A DNA stretch of 64,000 nucleotides, taken from Takakia lepidozioides (taxonomy: Eukaryota; Plantae; Bryophyta). Every line of letters begins with the position of its first letter. Position 1 is the first letter of the stretch. Positions 11,200 through 23,929 of the stretch are shown in pieces. The notes under the pieces were generated by a model, which did not search any database, was not told the origin of the DNA, and worked only from the letters and a program-made list of their open reading frames with translations. The stretch covers positions 3,720,001 through 3,784,000 of the forward strand of contig CM060731.1 of NCBI GenBank assembly GCA_030704615.1. Direction: 5' to 3'. The position numbers were made by a program, and so were the translations under genes.

Positions 11200-14100
11200 C
11201 TATCCCTTCCGCAGCTCCATAAGTTTCAGTAACTTTAGACTCCAAAGTGTTGTCTGGCCAACCACCTGTCCCAACTCGGTATGTTTCCTAACACCATTCA
11301 CATATGGTAGAGGGGTGTTACTGACACATGCCTCTTTGATGTACACACAGGCATAATCAAGGGGCACGGTAGGGTACCCGTAACCCACCACAGCACCTTG
11401 AAGAGCAACAATCAACCCTACTCCACATTTCTTGCGTTTGGAGTTCACATCCAATAGCCGAACCTCGTCACCCACCCTGAACTGTGATCCCAACTCCACA
11501 CAAAAAGAAACACGATGTGAAAACCCATGACATACACACGACTAGGACACTCAACATTTGCAAATTAAAGAGAGCCCCAAGGTTGGAAAAAATAAAACAA
11601 ACAAGACAAGGGCCTGGACTTACTCCATTTGCAGTCTCGAGTGGTTGTGAGACCTCTTTTGGGGGGCTACTCGCCGGGTCGACACTCTTGCCCTGGTCTG
11701 TACCGGCTTGTCGACAATATCACCTTTGTTTGTCACAAGTTCCTGTGTCACAGACCAGAGAACAACCAGGAAAACAATGAGCAAACAGGAATAGTGAATA
11801 GAAACAAAATCCAAGTATGAATCAAACAAAAAAAGCCAACATGAAAACCTGCAAAGAAAACCTAGCATTAATCAAGCAAACGAGGAGAAGCATCCAGGAA
11901 AGCAATGCAATGAATAAACCCACAAAACTTGTAGCCTCTGGAGCACTGTCAGAATGTTTGTACCTTCACAATAGTAGTGTTGTATGGTTGTTGTCCGAAA
12001 ACAGGCTGAGACTCCAAAAACTTGGGAATACTGGCAGCTTTATTGTTTGCCGTCTTCTTGGTGTGTCGTCAACAAGAACAGTGTCCTCATAAGTCCATTC
12101 TGGCCAGTCTGCCCACACTCTAGACAAGTTCTTGAAATATGGCTTTGAATCAGACCCCTTACGGCATGGGAGGACTGGATCCTCGTCATAGTGAAGGGCA
12201 TCCCACTGGAAAACCAGCTTAGTGTGGGCTGCAAAAATATAGTCCACCATTGGGAAGAAGTTGCGAGCTTGGCAACAAGACCACACGCCACCTCAAAGTG
12301 TTCAAAAACACTTTTGCAAATGTCATAACACCTCTACAATCTTACAAAACCTTGGGAAAACACAGGAAGAACATTTGATTGCCAGCACCTCTAGCCCTTT
12401 GGCCACCTTACACCCCTGCACTCCCTTTCCCCTGAAAACCCTAGCAATGCAGTGTTTCCTGCAAATTAATTAATCCATGCCACAAACAAACCCATGCCAC
12501 AAGTCAGTAAGCAATGTGAGGGCTGACTATATACACATAGCAATTCAATGGGGAACAAAATACAGAGTCGTGATGATGCCACTTACCAAGCGTGCTTCCA
12601 CCATTGCCTTCCCACCACGGCCAGTCTTGGTAGGATTCTGAATTGCACCATTTGCCTTCTTCATGTTGCCCGACACTTTGTGGAATACCTCTGTCTGCCA
12701 GTAACTTACAATCTTGTTCCATACCTCGTCAAATACAGTAATGGGTTTCCCCTTACCACCCAACCACGCAGTGTGTGCTTCATAACGCCGGTTCTTCATT
12801 ATTCTGCCAATTGTTTGTTTTAGGTGGAAGTCTTTTAACTTGTGTGGCGTATATGAAATAGCTTAGCCAGGTGATCTCTGATTTCGTATACAACTTCATC
12901 AGGTTGGTTGTTGATGGCAAGGGAACAATCTAGCTTGCGATAAGCCTGTCCTTTAAGGGCAGCGTGCCATACATTCCGGGTCTGACCATACGGGGCTCCT
13001 TTGAGGTTCGTCACAATCACCGTGGGAGGAAGACCTGCAGCTATTCTCTCTTCCTTCACCTTGGCAGCTTCAATTTTGGTTGAGCTATTAGCCCTCCTTA
13101 AAGCATTGGTTCTATCATTCTTTGAAATGGCACCCTCCCCTCCTTCAGAGACCTCCGTGCACTCAAGAGAATTCAAAGCAGGATCCTGCCAAGTAGGGAC
13201 TGGTGGCCATGGCTGTTGGCCAGAAGGCCGAGGACCATACTGGCCATATTGTCCATAAGCAGGAGGATATTCCGGTGGCCTGCCACCCCCATACCTATTA
13301 GGGGGTGGCAAATATAGTGGAGGAGGATACTGGCCATACTGCCCATATGGAGGAGCACCATATTGACCCTGACCATACTGAGTGCCAGACTGTCGGTACT
13401 GAGGCATACCATAATAAGGTGGGGGTATTGGTGGCACAGAACCCAAAACGATGGGAGAGTTAGGGCCACCTCCTGCGTTCTTGTGGGCGCCATCTCCATT
13501 GCTAGCAGCAGGGATCGTGGATCCAGTGCGCTTGTGCTTGCCCTGAAAAGAAATTCCCCCAGTACAATGTGGGTGATTACACATACATATAGGCAGCAAG
13601 CAGCAAATCCTTGAATTCAAGATAACAAACTGGAAGCACATATCATTTGTAAAGACAAGATTACCCAAAACTCAGTATGATCTTGGGCAGTAAATCTCCC
13701 AAATTTGATTGGCCCCAATGATGTCCTCCCAGTACATTTTTGAACCCTCTTAGGTATGGGGTGTTCCTGAAATCCATAGCAAGAATTCAAATGGACAAAC
13801 CTGATGGGTCCATGAGAAGTATCCCTCCAAGTTTTACTGATATTCTAGGTGCATAAGTAACCCAAGTATCTCTATAAGTAGCCATTGTAGCTTAGTACCA
13901 GGACGTTGGTTTCATGGGGCAAAGAATTTGAACACACCTGAAGTCTACATTGGCCTGACATCATGCCTTTGGCACTTCAACTTGTCTAGTGGAAATCATT
14001 TGTGATTGTGCCTTGGCTGACCCCTGCATTGTCCAACTTCCCTGTCTTGACAGACATACCCTATCTCTTCATGATCTTACCATACCATATCTCTTCGTGA

Positions 14101-14400
14101 TTTTACCAAAAACATATATAATTTGAATCATGGTCATTGTGAAGAACTATAACTCACAGACGGAGAAGGTGTTCGTAGTGTAGATGATGGGCGTTTTTGT
14201 CCTTGTGGTATCCGCCAATGACGCACTCGCCTCGCACTGGCGTGGGAGGAGTGGATCGTCATCATCGTCCTCAGAAGAGCCCTCATGCAGAATTGTATTC
14301 TTCATCGTCTTCAGTCTGACACTTTGTCTTGCAGGACCTTGATCCCTAGCTTTTTCCTTCGGAGCGCGTGGCTTGCGAGGGTTATTCGCTCCCGCAAGCC
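11200..14400 (-). pseudogene. Multi-exon CACTA TnpA-like gene with a Ptta/Transposase_24-like exon, a C-terminal TNP1-like exon and a NIF/FCP1-like exon
   Basis: 12545-12799 WNKIVSYWQTEVFHKVSGNMKKAN..TGRGG. 11200-11499 GVGLIV..VPLDYACVYIKEA..PLPY..VGQTTLW. Pro/Gly/Tyr-rich exon at 12835-13545. GT-AG borders are visible. At least one frameshift. Confidence 0.7.
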
Positions 14401-15062
14401 TGCACAAATACCTCCATGACCTCCCTCTCAAACAATCACAAACAAATGCAAGCATACATACCCTAATACTCTTAAGCCTACGCTGAACCACAGCCGCACC
14501 CTACCAGGACGTAATGGCTGCCCACGAATGACGGCGGACATCTCCCGCCTAATGACACACCCTCCTCAAACCTAATCGTCACTCACTGCATGTTGTTTGC
14601 CTCTCTGTTTGTACAAGTCGTAGCTACTCGCCCCCATTTGTGCTATGAAGCTTATGATCGCTGTATGAAGGTTAGAGGATAAGGCGAATCGCAAGTTTAG
14701 TGCGTGGGTAACCAAAGTCAGGAACTAAACTCACCCATCTATCAACTGCTTGAACATTGCTTCCACCTCTTTTATGGCAGCAATCCGGCGCTCTCGGAAC
14801 TTCTCGTACTCAATGAGAGGGACGGTCACTTCGAAGACCTTCCGCTTCACCATGGACACTCAAAAACGATACTTATAGTATACTATAGATATAGAAATAG
14901 CACATTGGCAGCTGGTGCAAAACAAGAGACAATGCACTGTGCGTAGCATGCAAAGAGGGAAGGGGTGACGTTCAAAACATGTACAGTGCAGGTGGCGACC
15001 GGATGCGTAGGCGTACAATAGATGACCGTCGAAGCTAAGCCACAAGGAATGGGCATACAAAA

Positions 15063-17160
15063 ATGCTATGCAACTGCGATGAGTGTCATGGAGGAAAAGT
15101 ACTGTTGTTGGAAACAGTGAGGAATCATTACATGATACACGGGAGGGATCCTCTTCTCCGACGCTGTTCTCTTCCGGTACGATCGCCACTTTCCCTTCAG
15201 CACTTTAGTTTGAATTTTGAATGCAACGATCCTCTTCTCCACATGTCGACATTTCGTTGGGTGATTGTAGTCAAGAAGTCATAAGATACAGACGTGACTA
15301 TGACTACGTCACTTCCGTTATCACTTTAATTAATGCACATGTCGTGTTTTCATTGGTCATGTGTAGTCATGTAGTCTTATATGACTAACTAAGTGACTGC
15401 AACTATGACTTCAATGGCTACAAATGTCGTGTTTTGATTGGGTGTATATTCATAAGATACATACGTAAATATGACTGCATCACTGCAACGTCACCGTGTC
15501 TCCTATGTCATAATATAAACAAGTGTCACATCGTTGTTGGTCCACTCACAAGATGACTATTGGGATGCAGGGATGTGAATATTCAGATGATGAAGACGAA
15601 GGCCCTGCGGCACAGCGGGAGCCCAATGTCACAGAGAACGCAGATGAGAGTGGTGGATTGGAGGTAGAAATCCAGCGTGCATTGCAGGAAGCGTTTCTCT
15701 TTGCAGATGCAAACAGAGAGGACCCCATTCATGGTGGAACCGATCATACATTTGCCAATCATGACAATGACCTCGACGATTCCGGAGACAATGAATTTGA
15801 TGAGAATGCTCACCTGCACGTAGATCCCGAGTATGATAAACTCTTCCGACAGTCGCAATGTCCACTTTTTGAAGGGTGCTCAATCAGCCGGCTGCAAGCA
15901 ACTTTGACGTTGTTGAACGCATGCACTACCCACAAGTGCACCAATGCATTTGTGGATGAGCTTCTGGGATTGTTGCGTAAGAGTTTTTTTGCCTAAAGAG
16001 AATTCATTGCCGAAAACTCACTTTGAAGCAAAAACCATGATTGCCAAGATGGGATTGCAGTACACCATGATTCATGCCTGTGAGCGTGGTTGTGTACTCT
16101 TCCGTGGGGAGTATGAGAATGTAGACATTTGCCCAGTGTGCCGCAGTTCCCGTTACATTCCAGGTCGTGGAAGTGTGCCCAAGAAAGTATTGCGACACCC
16201 CTGTCATTCCAAGGTTGAAACGTATGTACCGATGTAAATCGATCGCTAACCTCATGACATGGCACGACAGACATAAGAGCCAGGATGGGTTGGTTCGACA
16301 TCCAACTGATAGCAAAGCATGGAGACACATTGACACCACATTTGAGGATTTTGCTGCAGAGCCACGATCTTTGCGATTTGGATTGGCCTTATACGGTGTA
16401 AATCCCTACCGAGCTCAATCCACAAGTTGGAGCACATGGCCTGTTCTCTTGGTCAATTACAATCTGCCTCCGTGGTTAATGACCAAAAAGTTCTTTGTCA
16501 TGTTAGCGCTACTGATTCCTGGTAAGGAGTCTGTTACCTCGGACAACGTAAATGTTTACCTGATGCCCCTAGTGGAAGAGCTACTGGAACTATGGAGAGG
16601 GATTGCAGCTCATGATGTTTCCCGTCCTCGTGGTCAACGCGAATTCACACTAAGGACAGTGTTGATGTGGTCAATCCATGACTACCCTGCATATGGCTTG
16701 CTCTCAGGTCAAGTGACGAAAGGTTATGCTGGTTGTCCAGCTTGTGGACCCGGTGTGACTTCACAGCAGTTACACACATGTGGAAAAACTGTTTTCCTAG
16801 GCCACCGAAGATTTTTGGCTTGCAATCATCCATATAGAAGGTCAAGAATGTTCAATGGCGCTACTGAGCATGGATTTCCTCCAAAAACGCAGACTGGAAC
16901 ACAAATCAAGGAGCTTGCAACAGCTTGCACTGCATGGGTGGAAAACGGAGGGACGCCAAATAGCAGGACAGACCCAAGAAAAACTCATGGAGTTAAGCGA
17001 TTGTCAATTTTATATATCTTACCTTATTGGGAGGTAATTCCTTCATGGCCATTAAATTGGCTGTGTACATTTTTGCGTTTTCTGTTTAAATTGTGATGAG
17101 TAAATGCTCAATTGCTTATGTGTTCATTTTGTAGGGTCTCCTCATCCGCCACACGTTTGA
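15063..17160 (+). pseudogene. CACTA TnpD/Tnp2 transposase copy 1 (N-terminal half, disrupted)
   Basis: CNCDEC..HY, IHACERGCVLFRGEY..CPVC, HPTDSKAW, RFGLAL(Y)GVNP, NLPPW, HDYPAYG, GHRRFL. Frameshifts near 15990 and 16200. Intron ~17034-17134. Cut at RHTFD by the LTR. Confidence 0.93.
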
Positions 17161-17886
17161 TGTCGCGGCCCATTGCCTTGAGGGCAGGGGGTCGGGACAC
17201 AAGAGGGGCTGCCCCTGTGGTGGGGGCAGTGGCAGCGATAGGTATGGGGGGGCTGAAGCACCCTTGAGTGCCCAAAGCACTCAAGGAGGCGGAGACGCTC
17301 ACTAGGTGGAGCCCCGCACACCGGGTTGCGGTGGGGGTGGCTCCACAAGGGGTGGTGGTAGCTTAGCGGGACTTAGTGGGGGTGGCATAGGACTCACCCT
17401 GGGGCGGAGACCTCGTGGTGGGAGTCGTGGGGAGTCTTGGGACACATCACGGTCCATAGGGGCCGTGGTGAGTGGGCCAAGACTCACCGCGACCCATCAC
17501 CGGGAGTCGAGGGTGTTCGTGGTGGTTCGCCATAAAATGGCATGGTTGTTTGTGAAACCCCCGCGGACAGCTACAGAAGTATATATAGGGAGTAGTAACC
17601 CCGAGAACGGTGCAAGCCCGTTGGTGACCAAAAGCTAGTGAATAAGCGAGCTAGCCGGAAAGCGACCAAAGAGTGGGGAGCTGTCCCGGACTGCCAACTA
17701 CCAAAGGGAATTCCGCTGGTTCTAAATCGTTGGAGGGTTCTTTGGGAGATCAACGGGGGACCGTTATGTCCCGGTGAGTAGCCGAAGCTCCAAGTTGGCT
17801 CGGTGGCCAGGTTGGGAGTTAGGCGCGCGCATCAAGCGAGTAACTATGACTTGAGGGGGGAGCTTACCGAAGTGAGGTGCGCGACA
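17161..17886 (+). repeat. 5' LTR of gypsy copy 2
   Basis: TGTCGCG...CGCGACA perfect terminal inverted repeat, followed by the PBS. Confidence 0.95.
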
Positions 17887-20800
17887 CTTGATATCAGAGC
17901 TTAGAGTTCAATACGCGATCGTCCTTGGGATTGGCCTCATCATGGGGTCGGGCAAGCCAAAAAGCGGATGATGATCCCGGTGAGCCCGATGGGGGCGACG
18001 TGTCACCGAGGCGGCCGTTTGAGGAGGCGGCCGTTTGAGGAAGCGGTGTATGTTTCCGAAAACGAGGCCGCTCAAGAGCGGGAGGAATCTGAGGAGTCGG
18101 AGCCTGAGGAATCTTTGAGAGCTCCGACCGACCAACAGATGCCTTCCATGCCGGCAGCCTTTTGGGAAGGGTTGTTGGCGCAATTTGGCGGGACGTTGAA
18201 AGACATGTTGAAGGCGGCTAATACCACTTCCACTAAGGCAAAGTTTAAGGTGAAGCCGAAGGAACCCGACACCTTTGAGGGCGTCCGAAATCGGAAGGCA
18301 CTCAACACCTGGCTCTTGGAGCTGGAGCAGTACTTCCGGGCGGCCAAGTTGAGTGACAAGGATCGGGTGGAAGTGGCTCCCACCTATTTGAGGGGCTATG
18401 CTCAACAATGGTGGCAGAAATGCCTTCACGACCGAGGTCCAAGCCCGAAAACCTTGAACTGGAGTGGGTTCAAGGAATTGATGAAGAGGCAGTTTGTGCC
18501 CCTCAACGCGTCCTGGCTCGCCCGGGACAAGATGAGGAATTTGAAGCAAACAGATGACATTCGGGGGTATGTCCAGGCTTTCAATGTGTTGTTGCTTGAA
18601 GTCGCGGACATGGCAGAACCAGAAATGGTCTTCAACTTTGTGGCGGGACTGGCCCCATGGGCCAGGCGGAAGTTGGAGGAGAAGCCACCTAAGACTTTGA
18701 ACGAGGCAATTGAGAGGGCTGAATGTTTCTCGGATGTCCCTAAGGGTGAAAGACAAGGCCGTACGGAGCTGAACCACAAGAAGACCCGGCGGGAAGGTGA
18801 CTCCGTCCGACCGGAAAAGAAGTGGGATAGGCCACGTGGCGACAATGGCACGTGGAAATCGAAGGGAGGGCCTTCACAAGTCAAGGCGGCACCCGGTGCT
18901 TCGAAAGGAAAAGCGGGTGGAGCGGCTTATGGCGGACAGAAGGCGACCTTTGATGGAGTGTGTTTCAATTGCGGGGAGCCCGGGCACATGGCCAAGAAGT
19001 GCACGAAGCCTCGGCAATTGAACATGACTCGGGCGACCACAGAGCTGTCGGAAGATACCATCAGTCGCTTGGTGGAAGCGGTGGTCGCCAGGACTTGCAA
19101 GGTAGGCAAATTTTCTTGTGAGTTGTATCAGGAAACTGGCGCCTTACGTAAAGGGAGTCAGTTATTGTTCGTGGATGGGATAATATCCGGAACTAACGTG
19201 TCATTGTTGGTGGACACAGGAGCGTTGCACTCCTTCATGACACCGGCTACAACACAAAAGCTGGGACTCCCTACAAGTGACGTGGGGGCCTCTATTGAGG
19301 TGCGTTCTGCCAAAGGAGAACCGCAATTGGCGACAAGGTTGGTGTTTGATGTTCCTCTTCAACTGGGGAGTTGGGAGGGACGTGAGAACTTCACCATCTG
19401 AGATCGATGGAGTGGATCTCATTTTGGGGATGACCTTTTTGAGCAAATCCGGAGTAGTCATAGATGGCCGCAAGAGAGTAATCACGCTGCCATGTGGGAA
19501 TGGTGGCGAGGTCTTACGAGTGTCGGAAACGCCCAAACCCGTGGGAGGGCGAATAAACCTCCTGTCAGCAAGGGAGTGGGCCGTGGAGGAGGCACACGAG
19601 CCCCAGTTTTTGCTCTATATTAGAGAAGTGAAGGGAGAAGGCGATGGGGAGCCGAGCCTAGATTGGATCAAGGGGATTTTGGAGAAATACCAGGATGTGA
19701 TGCCGGAGGATTTACCAAGCGGCTTGCCACCGCGAAGAGGAGTTGACCACAAGATTGAGGTGATACCGGGATCGGAACCGCCTGCCAAGGCGCCCTACCG
19801 GTTGAGCCACAGAGAGTTGGTCGAGCTGAAGACTTAGCTCAAAGATCTAATGTCAAAGGGGTACATCCGGCCGAGTAAGTCACCTTACGGAGCCCCGGTG
19901 CTATTCGCAGACAAGAAGGATGGGACACTGCAGATGTGTGTCGATTACAAGGCTTTGAATAAGGTGACTATAAAAAATCAGTACCCTTTGCCAAGGATCG
20001 ACGACCATTTCGATCGGTTGGCAAGAGCGAAGTATTTCAGCCGGATCGATCTGCGCTCCGGCTATCATCAAATTCGAGTGGCGGAAGGAGATGAGGAGAA
20101 GACCGCGTGCAGGACAAGGTATGGTTCATATGAGTTCTTGGTGATGCCTTTTGGACTCACCAACGCTCCTGCAACCTTTAGCACGCCGATGAACAGCCTT
20201 TTCCAGGAGTGGTTGGATGACTTTGTGATCGTGTACATCAACGACATCTTGGTGTATTCGAAAACAAAGGAGGAGCACCTGGAGCACCTAAAAAGGGTGT
20301 TCCAGAAATTGCGGGAAGGGAAGCTGTATGCCAAAGCTTCAAAGTGCAAATTCGGGGTCACAAAAGTGGAGTTCCTGGGGCATGTGATTACACAAGATGG
20401 GATCAGAATGGATGACAAGAAGGTGAGGGCAATCTTGGACTGGGAGCCTCCGACTTCGGTCCCGGGAGTGCGATCCTTCCTAGGACTCGCCTCCTACTAC
20501 CGGAAGTATGTGAGAAATTTTGCCAAGATCGCGGGGCCGCTGTCGGACCTTATGTGTAAATCCAAAGTCTGGGCATGGAACACATTTTGTGGCCAAGCTT
20601 TTGCTGAATTGAAGCAGCGGATGGCGGAAGCTCCAGTCTTGAAAATCCCGGAGTTCGATCGTCCGTTCGAGATTCATACAGATGCGTCGGACTTCGCGAT
20701 TGGGGGTGTACTGATGTAAGATGGACACCCAGTGGCTTACGAAAGTAAGAAACTGAATGAAGTGGAGCGACGGTGGCCAACGCACGAGAAAGAGATGAAG

Positions 20801-21592
20801 GCGATGGTGCACTGTCTTGAGCTGTGGCGCCACTATGTTGGTTCCAACCCAGTGAAGGTGTTCACGGACAATGTCACGGTGAAGTATTTTGCCACGCAGC
20901 CCAAGTTGTCCCCAAAACAACTTAGGTGGCAAGATACTTTGGCGGTGTTCGACGTGGATATATAGTACAAACCAGGACGGGACAACGTGGTGGCCGATGC
21001 CTTAAGTAGAAAGCAGCAGCTTTTGTTGGTGTACAGGGGCGAGACGGCGCTCCAAAGGAAGATCCGGAAGGCTTGCCGGAAGGATGAGCTGGCGAAGTCC
21101 GTGATGCAGGACTTGAGGATGGGGGTTAAATCGCAGTTCCACTTGCAAAATGGACTGCTCCGGTATAAGCAAAAGGGTCTCTACGAGCCGAAGGGAGGGA
21201 TCAGAGATAGCCTCTTGAGAGAATGCCATGATAGCCCGCTTGCGGGCCACGGCGGAGCCAAGTGCACTGCGGCACTCTTGAATAAAGAGTATTTCTGGCC
21301 CAAACTGAGGGAGGAGGCAGAGGAGTATGTCAAGACATGCACCACATGCCAACAAAATCGGAGCGAGTACAAAAAGCAAGCGGGGCTGTTACAACCCTTG
21401 CCGATTCCAGAGGGGACTTGGGAAAGCGTCTCGATGGATTTCATGACTGCTATGCCGCTATCAAAAGGATTCGATGCAATCATGGTGGTGGTGGATAGGT
21501 TCAGTAAAATGGGCCATTTCATCCCCACCAAGGAGACGGCAACGGTACAGGAAACAGGGCGACTTTACTTCGCCCACGTCTTAAAGCATCAT
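17161..21592 (+). mobile_element. Galadriel-like gypsy copy 2, 3'-truncated within integrase
   Basis: LTR 17161-17886, mutated PBS TGATATCAGAGC at 17889-17900, gag-pol from 17942 with stops and frameshifts. Homology to copy 3 ends at AAAGCATCAT (~21592). Confidence 0.95.
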
Positions 21593-22259
21593 CTGGTTGT
21601 TCATGACTCAGTTCCCTAGTATGGTCGCCAAATGTGGAGCGGCTTTTACTCACCCATCCCTTCGCTATCCGAGGTGGGAACTCCAAGATAGAAGAGTTGG
21701 AAATCTCTAAGCACTCAGCCCGCTCAAAACAATCAGTCATGACCTACAGCTAGTGTATCATGGGGGTGTTTCCTATTTGTACTCCTTCCCACATTCATGT
21801 TAGCGAGTTACCTTACTATCTGTAATTAAGTATCAGTTTGCTTCAGAATTCTATCAAGTTCTATCCATTCATTCCACAGCTTCACTCAGGTCTCTCTACA
21901 CAGTGTGAGGATGAAGTATGTATCAGATTAATATCTATCAAGTATCAGGCTGAAGCCATGGTGTCTCTAATCTACTTTACATTACAATTCTATAGCTTGC
22001 ATTCATTAAGTAACAACAGATCGTCACTTCTCCTACTGCGTGCTCTTCATCTTTCCCTTCAGAGATGTGCTCTCCCCTCTATTTCCCAGCCCTGATGTCC
22101 GAAGTCCCCCAACCAAGAAGTGATCCCCCAAAAGTCCCCGCTCCTCGCTATATCTACTTACAAGCCGTTCTAACCGTTTTCCTAACTAACCGTTATCCCT
22201 GTAGTACACGTTCCTTTTTCAGATGTCGTTCCCCCACAGTTGTTCCCTGCCAATGGTAA

Positions 22260-22492
22260 CTGTTCCCCAGCTGTGCCGAGCTGTGACTGGCTGTATCAGG
22301 CTGTGGCGGGCTGTGACTGGCTGTGTCGGGCTGTGTAGGGCTGTGACTGGCTGTGGCGGCTGTGTCGGGCTATGTTGGACTGTGACGGGCTGTGTTGGCT
22401 GTGCGAAGCTGTAATGGCTGTGTCGGACTGTGATGGGCTGTGTTGGCTGTGCGAAGTTGTGATGGCTGTGACTGGCTGTGTCGGGCTGTGTA
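22260..22492. repeat. ~10-bp minisatellite (GGCTGTGNNN)n inside the putative LTR
   Basis: About 20 degenerate units. Confidence 0.9.
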
Positions 22493-22656
22493 TGTACCCC
22501 CCTAAAGCCTGTTGTTGTCACCCCTAAGGCTCCTGTTGGTCTCAGTCTGTGTAAAAATTAAGGGTACCCCACAGATCCCGTAAAAGCGTCTAAGTCCCAA
22601 ACAGCCCTCTAACATTTACCCCTCCCCCTCTCAAAAAGCCGTGTCCTCACGGTTTA

Positions 22657-23877
22657 CTATTTGGGATTAGCAAACCTTTGTGAGCGAGCACCCTTGTGAC
22701 GTTGAGAGTCTCGTGAAGGACTCCGTGTGCGAGCTCGAGACCTGTCACTGGTTGATGGAGATGATTGAACACTACCTGGATATGTCATTCCCTCTTTTGG
22801 CTGATATGGAGGTAACCTCTCAGGCATAGGAGATCCTCGTCGTTTCTTCTCTGCCATCTAAATTGCATAGTCCTCTGCCATGTCAAAAGAATCCGCTGAA
22901 GAAACTGTTGTATCAGAATCCTCGTCCCCTCTGAGGTGTTTTAATGGTCGAACTCTAACTGGAATCCGTTCGGGCATACAATGTGTTCCCACCATGTCTG
23001 GAAGTTTAAACCGTAAAACTTGTTGTAAGCGCTGAATTGCAAAATTGGTGAAGACCTTGAACTCCTTGTCTGTCCAGGTGAGTGGTGTACCAATGACTTG
23101 TGAATTGTGCAAGTTTTTCCGGCCCTTAAAGAAAATATCGTCAGGCTCGAATTTCTGTGTTGACAAATTGTTCCAGGCTGCATGAAACCATGAACAAATC
23201 TGAGAATCCTTTTCCATCATAACTTTTGCCTCATAGAGGTACATATGCGGTGGCACTAAAGGTAAGACCCAATGATCCCCACTGGAATAACTCAGAAAGC
23301 GCGATTGCATCTTCTGCTGTTCAATGTGATAACGTGCCAGAAAACAAGCAGCGTAGTATAGCCCGCAGCCCATGACAATACTTGCTACCTCCTTGGTCTT
23401 GGTATAAATGAATCCATGTACAACTTGGAAGGCAATTAATTCCTTCAACATGGTACTTGCCTCATGCCAGTATCTTGCAAAGTGATGATCGTCAATTGGT
23501 CGATTGTTCGGAAGAACCTTAGTCCTAGTTGCCACTGGCAGCCAAATGCGCATGATCTGATAGTAATGTGCCAACGATTGCGGAGGACTAAATTCCTTCC
23601 AAGCCAAATCCAACACAATGGGAATTTGGTTGAAGGGCATAATCATAGCCCGACTGTACTCCCGTGCAGCAGGAGTTTTTGGTGAGTTAAAAGCAGCATC
23701 CCCCCATACCTCAGGCTGTGGTGGCTGTGGTGTGGCTGTAGTAACAACAGGGTCAGCTACTATCACAGTCACTTGTTGTGGTATTGGTGGCACTGGCTCT
23801 TGTACCACTGGCATCTCCTGCACCCCTTGCGAAGAAGACTGAAAAGCCAAAGTTCTGGCTTGTAAATAAGAAGCCAT
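22657..23877 (-). CDS. Orphan ORF (339 aa plus 66 aa in frame after one TAG) ending just before the PPT
   Basis: Long open frame with a Pro-rich N-terminus, aromatic-rich core and Ser/Arg-rich tail. No gag or pol motifs. The 5' end may be truncated. Confidence 0.55.
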
Positions 23878-23929
23878 CAGCTCATTTTAAGTGGGTGCAA
23901 TGCTGCTTCTAGTATGGGGCTCTTATCAC

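Larger units (their letters stand above)
10041..17160. mobile_element. Large CACTA (En/Spm) transposon, left part; interrupted by gypsy copy 2
   Basis: CACTACAACAGAT terminus (same first 13 bp as the 7473 element), ATGACT subterminal repeats, TnpA-like exons on the - strand and TnpD on the + strand. Confidence 0.88.
21798..23880 (-). mobile_element. 3' end of a different LTR retrotransposon (ORF, PPT and 3' LTR); left LTR boundary uncertain
   Basis: On the - strand, CCGTGAGGACACGG hairpin then GAGAGGGGGAGGGG PPT, then TGTTAG starting at 22614. A matching TGTTAG on the + strand at 21798 would give an 817-bp LTR. Confidence 0.65.
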
